Below, piece after piece: positions 1 to 8,800 of a DNA stretch of 57,537 nucleotides; position 1 is the stretch's first letter, and each line of letters begins with the position of its first letter. The position numbers and the translations under genes were made by a program. The notes under the pieces were generated by a model. The model searched no databases. It was not told the DNA's origin and worked only from the letters and a program-made list of their open reading frames with translations. This stretch comes from Candidatus Bathyarchaeota archaeon (GTDB taxonomy: Archaea > Thermoproteota > Bathyarchaeia > Bathyarchaeales > Bathyarchaeaceae). The DNA is taken from assembly GCA_020348945.1 (NCBI GenBank), contig CP070759.1, forward strand, positions 1,407,637 through 1,465,173. Reading direction: 5' to 3'.

Positions 1-152
1 AAATCTTTTGCCATATCTGGATCAACATAATACATATAGATGTATCCAGCTAACCAACCTATGAATCCACACAGAAGTGCAAGTAGATAAAAGAGATAAC
101 TTGGTCTTGAATGGACTCCCTTAGAAGGGTTTTTGATTTCAGACAAACCCAA
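1..152 (-). CDS. partial CDS running off the window start; small hydrophobic protein, start uncertain (TTG 150-152)
   Basis: Own translation of the minus frame, open from 158 to the window edge: ...SRPSYLFYLLALLCGFIGWLAGYIYMYYVDPDMAKD with one TM-like segment. Absent from the ORF track because it is truncated. Confidence 0.3.
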   Translation of the reverse strand, partial: MGLSEIKNPSKGVHSRPSYLFYLLALLCGFIGWLAGYIYMYYVDPDMAKD

Positions 153-184
153 AACATCCTATTCACGGTATATGTTTCCTCTCT

Positions 185-220
185 CCTTAAATTATTAATG
201 CAACTTGAAATGAAATAATG
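185..220. promoter_or_regulatory. conserved ~35-bp intergenic motif (ccttaaAttattaatgcaac..aatgaaataa), copy 1; includes a TATA-like TTATTAAT
   Basis: Near-identical to the reverse complement of 28101-28136: the 20-nt core has 1 mismatch, followed by a 10-nt AATGAAATAA block. Lies ~30 nt upstream of the minus-strand partial CDS. Confidence 0.35.
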
Positions 221-278
221 GCTATTAGAAAACAGCAAACCAAACACCCTTCTTTTTTTCTGTATCAGCCAATCATTC

Positions 279-325
279 AAAGCCGTTGCTCATGTTCGCT
301 CCGCTCACATTCGCAAGCACAAAAC
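279..325 (+). repeat. imperfect direct repeat R1 (partner 876-925)
   Basis: aagccgttgctcatgttcgctccgctcacattcgcaagcacaaaac. Contains an internal tandem 12-mer GCTCAYRTTCGC. Confidence 0.55.
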
Positions 326-519
326 CCTCTTCTATGTTTAGTTGCCACTCCTACTTTTTCGCCTGCTTTCCTTACGCTCTCTTTTTATGAGCTATCCAGA
401 AATTATGCCGACTAAAGCGTCCACACTGAGTATGAAGAAGCTTGAAAATGCATGCGGAAAAGTTATAACAAAACAGAAAGAATAACTACAATTGAGTAAA
501 ATGAGACTTTTGTACAATA

Positions 520-852
520 TTGCGTTGGATGGTCTTACTGGTTGTGTCTGTTAAGGTGAAAAAAGTAGTAGCTTATGTGTTGATGAGAGTAGAACATGGT
601 GCCAACGAAGAGGTTCTCGAAGATCTCGGACAGATCGAAGAGGTCACAGAATCTTCTAGGGTGTTTGGGGAATTCGACATCCACTGCAAAGTAGAAGCGG
701 ACGATATTGATAAACTGGCGGAAGTAGTAGGAAAAATCAGAGAACTTAAAGTCATAACTACAGAAACTCTTGTCACTCATAAAAGAAGAATAAAAAGGCT
801 TTCAAATAGACGACACAAGGAAATCAGGAGAACTCGAACTCCAAGAGATTAA
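520..852 (+). CDS. stand-alone Lrp/AsnC-type ligand-binding (RAM) domain protein with a basic C-terminal tail; true start probably GTG 556 or ATG 529
   Basis: KKVVAYVLMRVEHGANEEVLEDLGQIEEVTESSRVFGEFDIHCKVEADDIDKLAEVVGKIRELKVITTETLV has the RAM-domain layout and parallels the 9597-9833 protein. No HTH region. Tail is HKRRIKRLSNRRHKEIRRTRTPRD. Confidence 0.65.
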   Translation: MRWMVLLVVSVKVKKVVAYVLMRVEHGANEEVLEDLGQIEEVTESSRVFGEFDIHCKVEADDIDKLAEVVGKIRELKVITTETLVTHKRRIKRLSNRRHKEIRRTRTPRD

Positions 853-875
853 AAGAAGAAGATTAAAATTTAACC

Positions 876-925
876 AAGCCGTTGCTCAGGTCGCTTCGCT
901 CCATTCGCAACAAACACAAAAACAC
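876..925 (+). repeat. imperfect direct repeat R2 (partner 279-325)
   Basis: aagccgttgctcaggtcgcttcgctccattcgcaacaaacacaaaaac, starting 24 nt after the RAM gene stop. Confidence 0.55.
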
Positions 926-1540
926 CTAACGACCATTCAAACGCATAAATGCATCACGAACATTAGTAATACTCATATTCACAGGAAACCTAGGACAAAC
1001 CCAATAAACAACCTCATTACCACGCACATAATCAACCACCTTGCAACCCACAAAATTCTCACTCTCAAAATGTTTGCCATCCACAACTCCAAGAAGAGAT
1101 TTAGCCTTTTTTTTACGAGTGAAAGCGTGTTAAACTCGGTTGAAGCAAAGAATATTTCTTAAGCTAAAGCACAACTAATATTCTGTGGTGAGTGGTTGAA
1201 CCGCGAAAAACTAACTCCAGAAGAAAAAGTGAATTTAACGATAACCATGGTGGACACATGCGTTAGCATCTGCGCAGACGGCATTAAAGACCACGATAAA
1301 ACTATCAAAGACAAAAAGCTCATAGAGAAACTTAGAGCCAGAATCACCCTTAATAAGCGACGTCACCCCGAGGTTTAAAAACTGGACAAATTCGAGGACT
1401 TCATCAGAAGAATCGCCAACGTTTTAAACAACGCTGAAATCAACCTTTAAATTGACGAAAGACATGGTGAAGTCTGCTTTTCCTCTGTCAGCGTTCGAAG
1501 ATTTCCTCCTCTTCCAGCTCTTTACCCTATCTTCTCCTTC

Positions 1541-1939
1541 TCACTTGAGACTAGCCAAACTCATCACGTGATTCAACAAATCCTCCACGAAAAACAACGC
1601 AATCTTCCCATCAGAAGTAATGTCGTACACCCTTCTCGGCCTTCCGTTCCGAAACTCAAATCTGCTCTCCAAATATCCCTTCTTTTCGAAACTTGAAAGC
1701 AGCGGATAAAGAGTGGATGGAGCTGGATAGTACCCGTAAAGCTTTTTGACAGCGGAAAGGATGCCATAGCCATGCATGGACTGGTTCTTCAACAACCGCA
1801 AGACCAAATAGTCCAATAGACCTCTGAGCTTTTCCATCTGGAGGCTTCTTAACTCCGCCTTGAGGAGCCATGTTCCAATTTCTTTCCTACTTCTTCCTTC
1901 TTCTCCCCTCATTTCCAATTTGAAAAACCTCGCATACAT
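1541..1939 (-). CDS. PadR-family transcriptional regulator (likely true start ATG at 1837, MEKLRGLLDY...)
   Basis: LRGLLDYLVLRLLKNQSMHGYGILSAVKKLYGYYPAPSTLYPLLSSFEKKGYLESRFEFRNGRPRRVYDITSDG is a typical PadR winged helix. Confidence 0.8.
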   Translation of the reverse strand: MYARFFKLEMRGEEGRSRKEIGTWLLKAELRSLQMEKLRGLLDYLVLRLLKNQSMHGYGILSAVKKLYGYYPAPSTLYPLLSSFEKKGYLESRFEFRNGRPRRVYDITSDGKIALFFVEDLLNHVMSLASLK

Positions 1940-2133
1940 ATTAGGTATCTTGTCACTAAAAAACTTTGTGACAAAATACTATAAGGTTCTACTAGAAGTT
2001 TGTACCATCAGACAAAAATAACAAAAAACACAAAGTTACGCAGGAAGTTTATGCCAGCCTGTACAAAAAGCTAATAAGTAGTAAACTACAAAGGCACCGA
2101 GGAAACCAAAAAAACCCGAGGAGAACCAACCCG

Positions 2134-2307
2134 ATGGCCCGCAAATTAGAGCTAGTAAAAATGTTTAGCGGCGGAAAAGTCACAATTCCACGAAGCATCA
2201 GAAAAATGCTTCGCCTTCAAGACGGTGACTACCTTGCAGTAACCGTAGATGAAAACAAATCGAAAATAATCTACTTTCAGGTTAGCATAAAGCCCGCTAA
2301 ACCATAG
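2134..2307 (+). CDS. SpoVT/AbrB-type small DNA-binding protein (57 aa)
   Basis: Own translation, below the ORF-track cutoff: MARKLELVKMFSGGKVTIPRSIRKMLRLQDGDYLAVTVDENKSKIIYFQVSIKPAKP. GKVTIPRSIRKML..GD is the AbrB looped-hinge-helix signature. Confidence 0.55.
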   Translation: MARKLELVKMFSGGKVTIPRSIRKMLRLQDGDYLAVTVDENKSKIIYFQVSIKPAKP

Positions 2308-2410
2308 CTCCATACCTCACATGTTTCAACTTCACATCTCAACCGCTATCACAGCTTATACTATAGCGGCTCAAACTAGAAGCAATGCTCCAAGAACAGA
2401 GTCCCAACGC

Positions 2411-2932
2411 TCAGATGGGAACGAAAAGTTTTTGCAACTCCACTACCTCACTACTATTTCTCGCCCTAGCATAACTGTCCAAAAGCTCCTTGTTCATCGT
2501 GATGAAGTGTAGTCCCCACTTGAAAATGGAAAGCAAACGTTCAGCCTTCTCCCCAAAACCTGCAATGTACAGGGCTGCAGCCAAAGCCTCCACCGTGCTC
2601 AATTTAGTAGGTACACCATAATTAACAGGATTAACAGCAATCAAATACGGCAAGCAACGAGAAACCCTACGCACAGAAAGCTCAAACACATCGTCTGCAT
2701 GTATCCAACTACAGTCTACAGCCGATAAACCTCGCCTCTCCAGTCTTTCACGATCCGCTGGGGAGAACGCCCTCTCAGAAAACGGGTCTAATATAACTGA
2801 TCCTAGAGGCAACCGCTTGACTTTATGGGTCACTCTGACAAAATGATGACGCTTAAGCTTCAGCGTAGTACACTTCTTTGGGTCACACTGCCGTGCGTGA
2901 TACACCCATATCTTAACGTCCTCACCATGCAC
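2411..2932 (-). CDS. tsr3: 16S rRNA aminocarboxypropyltransferase Tsr3 (DUF367)
   Basis: VYHARQCDPKKCTTLKL...AVDCSW...LPYLIAVNPVNYG...LSTVEALAAALYI are family signatures. Overlaps the nnr stop by 11 nt. Confidence 0.85.
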   Translation of the reverse strand: MHGEDVKIWVYHARQCDPKKCTTLKLKRHHFVRVTHKVKRLPLGSVILDPFSERAFSPADRERLERRGLSAVDCSWIHADDVFELSVRRVSRCLPYLIAVNPVNYGVPTKLSTVEALAAALYIAGFGEKAERLLSIFKWGLHFITMNKELLDSYARARNSSEVVELQKLFVPI

Positions 2933-4442
2933 TCTTCCGCACCCTTACATGAGACATCGGATCATCCATAACCTTCGGAATCCATTCAAGAATGTCCGTG
3001 GAAACCATGTGAAAACCCTTCTCCTCTTGCACAAAATCTCCAACAGCTCCATTAATGAATGCACCTGCCACCGCAGCCTCAAAGGGGTCAACTCCCTGCG
3101 CCAAGAAAGCTCCCACAATCCCGCTTAGAGTATCACCCGTTCCTCCCACAGTCATTCCAGGATTACCCGTGAAGTTAAATTTCACCCGTTTTCCATCAGA
3201 AACCACATCCACGTTTCCCTTCAACAACATTACAGCACCAAACTTTCTGGCAGCCTTCTGCACTTCAGTCGCCCTCTTCTCCAAGTCCTTAGGTGGCTCC
3301 TTTCCAGTTAAAATTCGAAATTCACCAGCGTGAGGCGTCAACACAAGAGACAAACATGTCTTCCGTTTAAACTCGGCAAAAGCCTTGAGCCCATCTGCGT
3401 CCAGCAACAACGGAATCTCTGCTTTCTCCACGGCTTCCATAATCTCCTTCACCGTGTCTCTAGTTTCCTCGTGCAGTCCTAGCCCTGGCCCCATCACAAC
3501 CGCGGTCGTCGTCTCCAAATAACGTTTGACTACAGAAACATTGCGGGAGTTAAGATGGTCTCCCTCCAGCTTTATAGTGATCAAGTTTGGAGACATGGAG
3601 GATATGGCATAGGCTGTTCTATGCGGAGCCGCAATGTAGGCAAGGTCCACTCCTGCCCAGAGAGCCGCTAAAGCTACCAAGGCTGGAGCACCTGAAAACA
3701 CTTCACTTCCACCCACCACTAGAAGCTTGCCAAAATCTCCCTTGTGAGCTTCAGGGACACGGGGCTTAGCAACCAGTGAAATGTCGCCGGGACCAGCGAA
3801 CCGTTCAAACTCTGGTGGCACTCCTATGTCTCTCAAAACCAGTTCTCCCGTGTATTTTTTGGCTTTGAGCAGTCCTGGTTTCACCTTGTGAAATGTGACT
3901 GTGAGATCGGCTTTAACAGCTTCGCCTAAAGTGTCACCTGAATCCGCGTTGATTCCAGTGGGCACATCCACCGAAACACGAAAAGCCTTCGTTTCATTGA
4001 TCTTTTTCACCAACTGCATAACGGGTGGACGTAAGGCTCCCTTTAATCCTATGCCGAGTAAAGCGTCCACCAGAACCTCGGCTTCAATGGTTGAGATAAG
4101 CGACGAATCGTAAACCTCGTGGAGCGCAACAATGTTTCTTAAGGGTTGTAGAGCAAACCAGTTCTTTCGAGCCTCCTCGTCCAGAATGTTCGCAGGCTTT
4201 CCAGCCAGCATCACTTCCACACGGAAACCTAAGCTGTTGAGGTGGCGAGCCGCAACAAAGCCGTCTCCTCCGTTTCCGCCCAAGCCACATAAAACAGTGA
4301 CCCTTGTTTTGTCGGGTTTGAAACGTGAAGATATCTCGGCGGCAATCCTTTGTCCCGCGTTTTCCATTAGTTGCAGTCTCGAAACGCCGAAGTACTCAGA
4401 GTTCAACTCTAGGGCGCGCATCTCCCTACTCGATATAGTCAT
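2922..4442 (-). CDS. nnr: bifunctional NAD(P)H-hydrate repair enzyme (epimerase + ADP-dependent dehydratase)
   Basis: N-terminal YjeF_N (LCGLGGNGGDGFVAARHL) plus C-terminal carbohydrate-kinase-like domain (GGTGDTLSGIVGAFLAQG). 506 aa. Confidence 0.9.
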   Translation of the reverse strand: MTISSREMRALELNSEYFGVSRLQLMENAGQRIAAEISSRFKPDKTRVTVLCGLGGNGGDGFVAARHLNSLGFRVEVMLAGKPANILDEEARKNWFALQPLRNIVALHEVYDSSLISTIEAEVLVDALLGIGLKGALRPPVMQLVKKINETKAFRVSVDVPTGINADSGDTLGEAVKADLTVTFHKVKPGLLKAKKYTGELVLRDIGVPPEFERFAGPGDISLVAKPRVPEAHKGDFGKLLVVGGSEVFSGAPALVALAALWAGVDLAYIAAPHRTAYAISSMSPNLITIKLEGDHLNSRNVSVVKRYLETTTAVVMGPGLGLHEETRDTVKEIMEAVEKAEIPLLLDADGLKAFAEFKRKTCLSLVLTPHAGEFRILTGKEPPKDLEKRATEVQKAARKFGAVMLLKGNVDVVSDGKRVKFNFTGNPGMTVGGTGDTLSGIVGAFLAQGVDPFEAAVAGAFINGAVGDFVQEEKGFHMVSTDILEWIPKVMDDPMSHVRVRKSAW

Positions 4443-4507
4443 CTCTTAGTCCACCTTTTTTTCCTCTTACAGTGGTCAGTGAAATATTCTATGGGGGCAA
4501 CACGGTG

Positions 4508-5623
4508 CTAGGACTTTGCAAGTTTTACCCAAGACAGGACTTCTTCAACGGTTGGTTTTTCGTCTTCAGTGATCTTTCCTTCTTCCACATAGGTTTTGGC
4601 GATTTCTCTTACTTTTCCGCTGAGTTGAATTGGGTCTTGCTCAGCTAGCTCTCTTATGGTGAAAACTTCTGCTTCTTTAAGTAGCTCTGCATCGTTTTCG
4701 TCGACTCCTGGAATCATCTGTAGCTGAGCTGTTGCTTGCAGATGTTTAGCCATGTCTTGTGACACCCGGGTTTTTTCGGCGATGACCGCGGGGTCTGTGG
4801 TGACAAGTTCTGCCACGCTTGTTATTCCTATGGCCTTGAATTCTTTTGCTAGACGGGGTCCGATTCCTCTTACGTCTTCTGGTTTGTCTAGGCTTGTTAA
4901 CTTTGGTTGAGGCGGTTTAAACTCCTCCATCTTTTCCAGTCTAGTTCTCATGTCAATTAGCTCTGCCATCTGTTTCTCCATCGTTTCAGCACTCTGCTTG
5001 TTTAGTCGCTCCACTTTTTGTATCGCTCTTCGCTGTTTTCCCAGCGCAGCCAACGTTTCTTGTTTAACGTTGCTAACGTTTGTGTCAATTGCAGAGCGCA
5101 ACTCTTCACGAACACTTTGAATGGTTTTCCACTGTTCTTCCAGCCCGTCCATTATTTCTTTTCTAGCCGTACCGAGGAGTTTTTCACTGGCCTTTTTGTT
5201 GCCGTCCAGTCCTTCGAGCATGTCCATCCGTACGGTTTCCAATGTATTTTTGTTTTCTTCCAAGCCTTCTTTCAGTGTCTTTCGGTTAGCCGTCAAATTT
5301 CCATCTAGTTTGACAAACATCCTGACTAGGGCTGGGTCCAATGGTGGTTTGCGGGTTGCAACGATGGCGGTTAAACCTAGAAAGACGAATGTTAGTGCCG
5401 TTGATACCCAGAAGTAGCTTATCGCTTGTATTTCTCGCGTTCCCACTATGTTTTGTGTTATGTCGCTTATGACATAGATTTGAATGGGCGAGACAGTGTA
5501 TTGGAGTGCTCCTAGCATTACCGCGTTAAGTGTGTTTAAGGCTGCCAGAAAGGTTAGGAAACTCAGTATCCACAACGTTATTCCTTTCTTAAAGTAAACC
5601 GACATTACAGATACCTCTCTCAT
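4508..5623 (-). CDS. membrane-anchored coiled-coil protein with C-terminal helix-hairpin-helix (DUF4332-like) repeats
   Basis: N-terminal TM segments, a ~150-aa charged heptad-like region, then GIGPRLAKEFKAIGITSVAELV and IPGVDENDAELLKEAEVFTIRELAEQDP. Confidence 0.6.
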   Translation of the reverse strand: MREVSVMSVYFKKGITLWILSFLTFLAALNTLNAVMLGALQYTVSPIQIYVISDITQNIVGTREIQAISYFWVSTALTFVFLGLTAIVATRKPPLDPALVRMFVKLDGNLTANRKTLKEGLEENKNTLETVRMDMLEGLDGNKKASEKLLGTARKEIMDGLEEQWKTIQSVREELRSAIDTNVSNVKQETLAALGKQRRAIQKVERLNKQSAETMEKQMAELIDMRTRLEKMEEFKPPQPKLTSLDKPEDVRGIGPRLAKEFKAIGITSVAELVTTDPAVIAEKTRVSQDMAKHLQATAQLQMIPGVDENDAELLKEAEVFTIRELAEQDPIQLSGKVREIAKTYVEEGKITEDEKPTVEEVLSWVKLAKS

Positions 5624-5811
5624 TGCCTATTAGGTTGAGCGCTTATGTTATTTATGATTTTAGCGTCAAATTGAGTTTCAAACTCTGTAGTCAATGCAAT
5701 TCTTACAGAAAACTATCTAAAGCATCCATGGAGATGTCCCCCCGCAAAACCCCTTTTTTCTGTTTTCAGATGCATTCTGTTTGGGTTGTGCAGAATCTGC
5801 TTCGATGCTGT

Positions 5812-8800
5812 CTACCATGCTCTTTCTCCGAAGTTGTCCACCAAGATGAAAAAGTCGTCGGCAACAACTCTGCCGCTGTCGTCGAAGTCGCAGTTCGGGT
5901 TCCAGTTGGAGTCTCCAGGCCTGCTTCCAAAGGCATCTACCAGAAGGAAGAAGTCGTCGGCAACAACCCAGCCGCTGCCGTCGGCGTCGCCCGCAATCGT
6001 GACTACAATCCAGCCGTCGATGAGAGTGTTGTCAACTATGTCGGTTTCACCTTCGAGTATAGTAGCATTAGCGCTTATGGTGCAGTTGCCATATGGAACG
6101 CCAGTCGTGTTCCATGTTAGGGCGATGGTTGTGGAGTTTCCGCTTGAAAGGGTGATGTTTGTAAGTGTGGCGATGATGGTTGTGTTGGCATAAGTGGTTA
6201 CATTGAAGTTTTCGGTGAAGTCGCCTTGGTTCTCAACAGTAACATTGAGCGACATTGTGAAGTTTTGGCTCACAACTGTTTTGGAAGCTGTCACGTTCGT
6301 TACTGACATGTCGACGACTGCGTATTGAATGGTTATTTCGTGGGTGCTGAGGGTGAACTCGAAGTAAATGAAATAGTGAGTTCCATTGGAAGTGATTATT
6401 GGGAATGGGGGTGGAGTAAGTGGAGGACCATGATCTACCTTTACTTGGATGTTTGTTGTGTTAATCATCGGGAAGGTAACGTTAATCCAACCAGTCGATC
6501 CTGAGGGTCCCGAAACATCAAAATGAAGAATGTTTTTTCTGACAACAGCTTTGGTTATATTCACGTTGCCTTCAATAGTTGCATTTCCATCGCTAGGAAT
6601 AGGTATGTCGACGCGCACGCGAGCGAAGTAGCCGTGTTGTACATGGTTGGGCATGTCCCATTCGTGAACGATGTCATAGCCGTATCCAAATAGTTTGGTT
6701 TCGGGTCCAAGGGTTATGTGTGACTCTCCTGTGCCAACTACTTTAAAGGTCACGTTGGCTAGAGTTCCTGGACCATTCGTTACGGGAACTGTTTCACCGA
6801 AGGAAAGGAAGAATGCACCTGCCGATAGTATGCCAGTGGTGTTGTCGATGATTTCTTGCAGCCAAAAGGCTGACGGATCTTTGGCTGTAGTGATGAGGTC
6901 TCCGTTGGTGACTTCTACGCCGTGCAAGACATCAGGGTTGTAAGTTAGGGAGAATTGCCAACCCCAAATGTCACTTCCGTTGTAATCCGTATAAATAGAG
7001 ACTGTGAAATTTTCGCCTATCTGCAACGTTGGATCCACGATGGTCTCAGGGACAACCATAATGGCTGGATATTCAACGTCGTAGTCTCTAAGCTCGGTCA
7101 CGCCAACTTTTTTGTATGAGTAATATCTTCCGAAGTTATCTACCCATTTGTAGAAGTCATCTATGTCAACTAGGTCGCTGTTGTCAAAGTCTGGATCTAC
7201 GTCCTGGCCTGGTTCAAACCATATTTGTCCTGTCGTTTTGCCGAAACATTCCCTCCATATGTAGAAGTCGTATATGCCAACGAATCCGCTAAAGTCTGCG
7301 TCGCCCACAGGTCCCTTCGTGTAGTCGGTGCCCACTTGGGAGTAATACCACATTTCCATGTATTTTATCGCTTGAGTGATGTTGGTTTGGTAAGGTTGAA
7401 GATTGTCGTTGTAGAGGTGGACTGTCTCGTTGCTTTCGTCAGTGTAGTAGTGGGCGTCAACGATGGGGGTTAACCCTCGATATGCGGTTTCGATGCCCCA
7501 GTCTGGCAGTATGTTGTCGAATATGTGTTCGTAGTCAATGGCATGGGCTATAGCCTGTCTTACATATCTGTTGCTGAGGACTGTGTGATCAAGGTTGAAG
7601 AAGAGGAGATTGCTCGCAGACCTGTCATATTGGAACACTCTGACGTTTGGATGAAGCGTTGAATTCGACAATGCTTGATATTCGCCCACAGATGCAGTTG
7701 AGTACTCTCCGAAATCAACGTCGTTATTTTTCAGCGCAAGAAATCTTGCGGGCGCGTCAGGTATCCACTCGAAGATGGTTTTGTTGATGTTGTATGGTCC
7801 CCAAGCAGGTGAACCCACAATGCTTTCATCGTAACCAAAGTAGAGGTCGTTCCTCTCAAACGTTGCGTGGTCGTCAACCACCAACTCGACCATTTTGAAG
7901 GGTCCTGTGACGGCGGCAAAATATGCTGGATCAGGTTCAAGAGGACCACCAGTGTTATATGGGCTATTCCTTAGCTGCTCTGGATGATCCATATACCCTC
8001 CAAGTTCGTGGAAGGGCATAATAGAACCGCCTCCCCAATCATTTGCAAGGCAAGATTTCAAGTCGATCATTGGCGCCTCGTAGTTGAGGTAGAAGTCAAC
8101 AGCCGTTTCGTTATAATATGTCACGTTCTTTATCATATTTGCGAAGTCGGCGTAGCCAGTGGATCCAGTGGCTGGGTTCAGGGTGCAAGTGTTGAAGGTA
8201 AACAGCACGTCATGTACAGTGAGGGGCTCATTGTCACTCCATTTAACGTTGTCCCTAATGACAACTCTCGCCTTCTTCTTGTTCCCAGTTCCATCGGGGT
8301 CAATGATCGGGTCGATAGCTGCTATATCAGGAACAATGTCCCAGTCTTGAGGAGCAACTTCGCTCCCATCCATGTACTTGTACCATTCACTATCCTTGAT
8401 GGTCCACTTGTACAAGGGTCTCCACAACTGAGCCCACATTTTCTCTTCTGTGTAAGACTCCGTGTAAAACGGGAGCAGAGCCCACACGGACTCAGTAACA
8501 GCGTATATAGTTGTGTTTGCTCCAACCGCTAGCCGATCCACGTTCGTCACAACGTTGTTGAATTTTGTCGCGTTAACGGTCAGGTGCGAAACGTCGTACC
8601 ACTCTACCATCGGATTGTAGCCAGAAATGTAGGAACCCATTGCGTCATAGACCCTAGGGTTGTAAACGTTGACCGCGGGAGGATCGTGTAAGAACCATTC
8701 CTGCCACCTCCAGAGGTACTGTTTCTTTTGCAGCGCATCGGATGCCTGTATTCCGCTCCGAAGAAGTACATCAGCCCCTGTGTTGTTCCAATGGAAAATG

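Noticed and set aside
218-415. 65-aa plus-strand ORF
   Set aside because: It consists largely of the translated R1 repeat and low-complexity sequence. It has no RBS and no family resemblance. The region is better explained as intergenic repeat/promoter DNA.
926-1129. Minus-strand open frame ending ...GKHFESENFVGCKVVDYVRGNEVVYWVCPRFPVNMSITNVRDAFMRLNGR
   Set aside because: It looks protein-like, but the only possible start is a GTG with poor SD spacing, giving 52 aa. I recognised no family. It may be a gene remnant and there is not enough evidence to call it.
1196-1378. 60-aa ORF with a TTG start
   Set aside because: The only evidence is an open frame at the length cutoff, with no motif and no clear RBS. 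Not reported as a feature.
2134-2512. Toxin partner for the AbrB-like gene (and likewise for the RHH gene at 54935)
   Set aside because: The downstream ORF 2321-2512 overlaps the tsr3 3' end antisense and has no PIN/MazF/RelE features. Nothing toxin-like follows the RHH gene. Both are treated as orphan small DNA-binding proteins.
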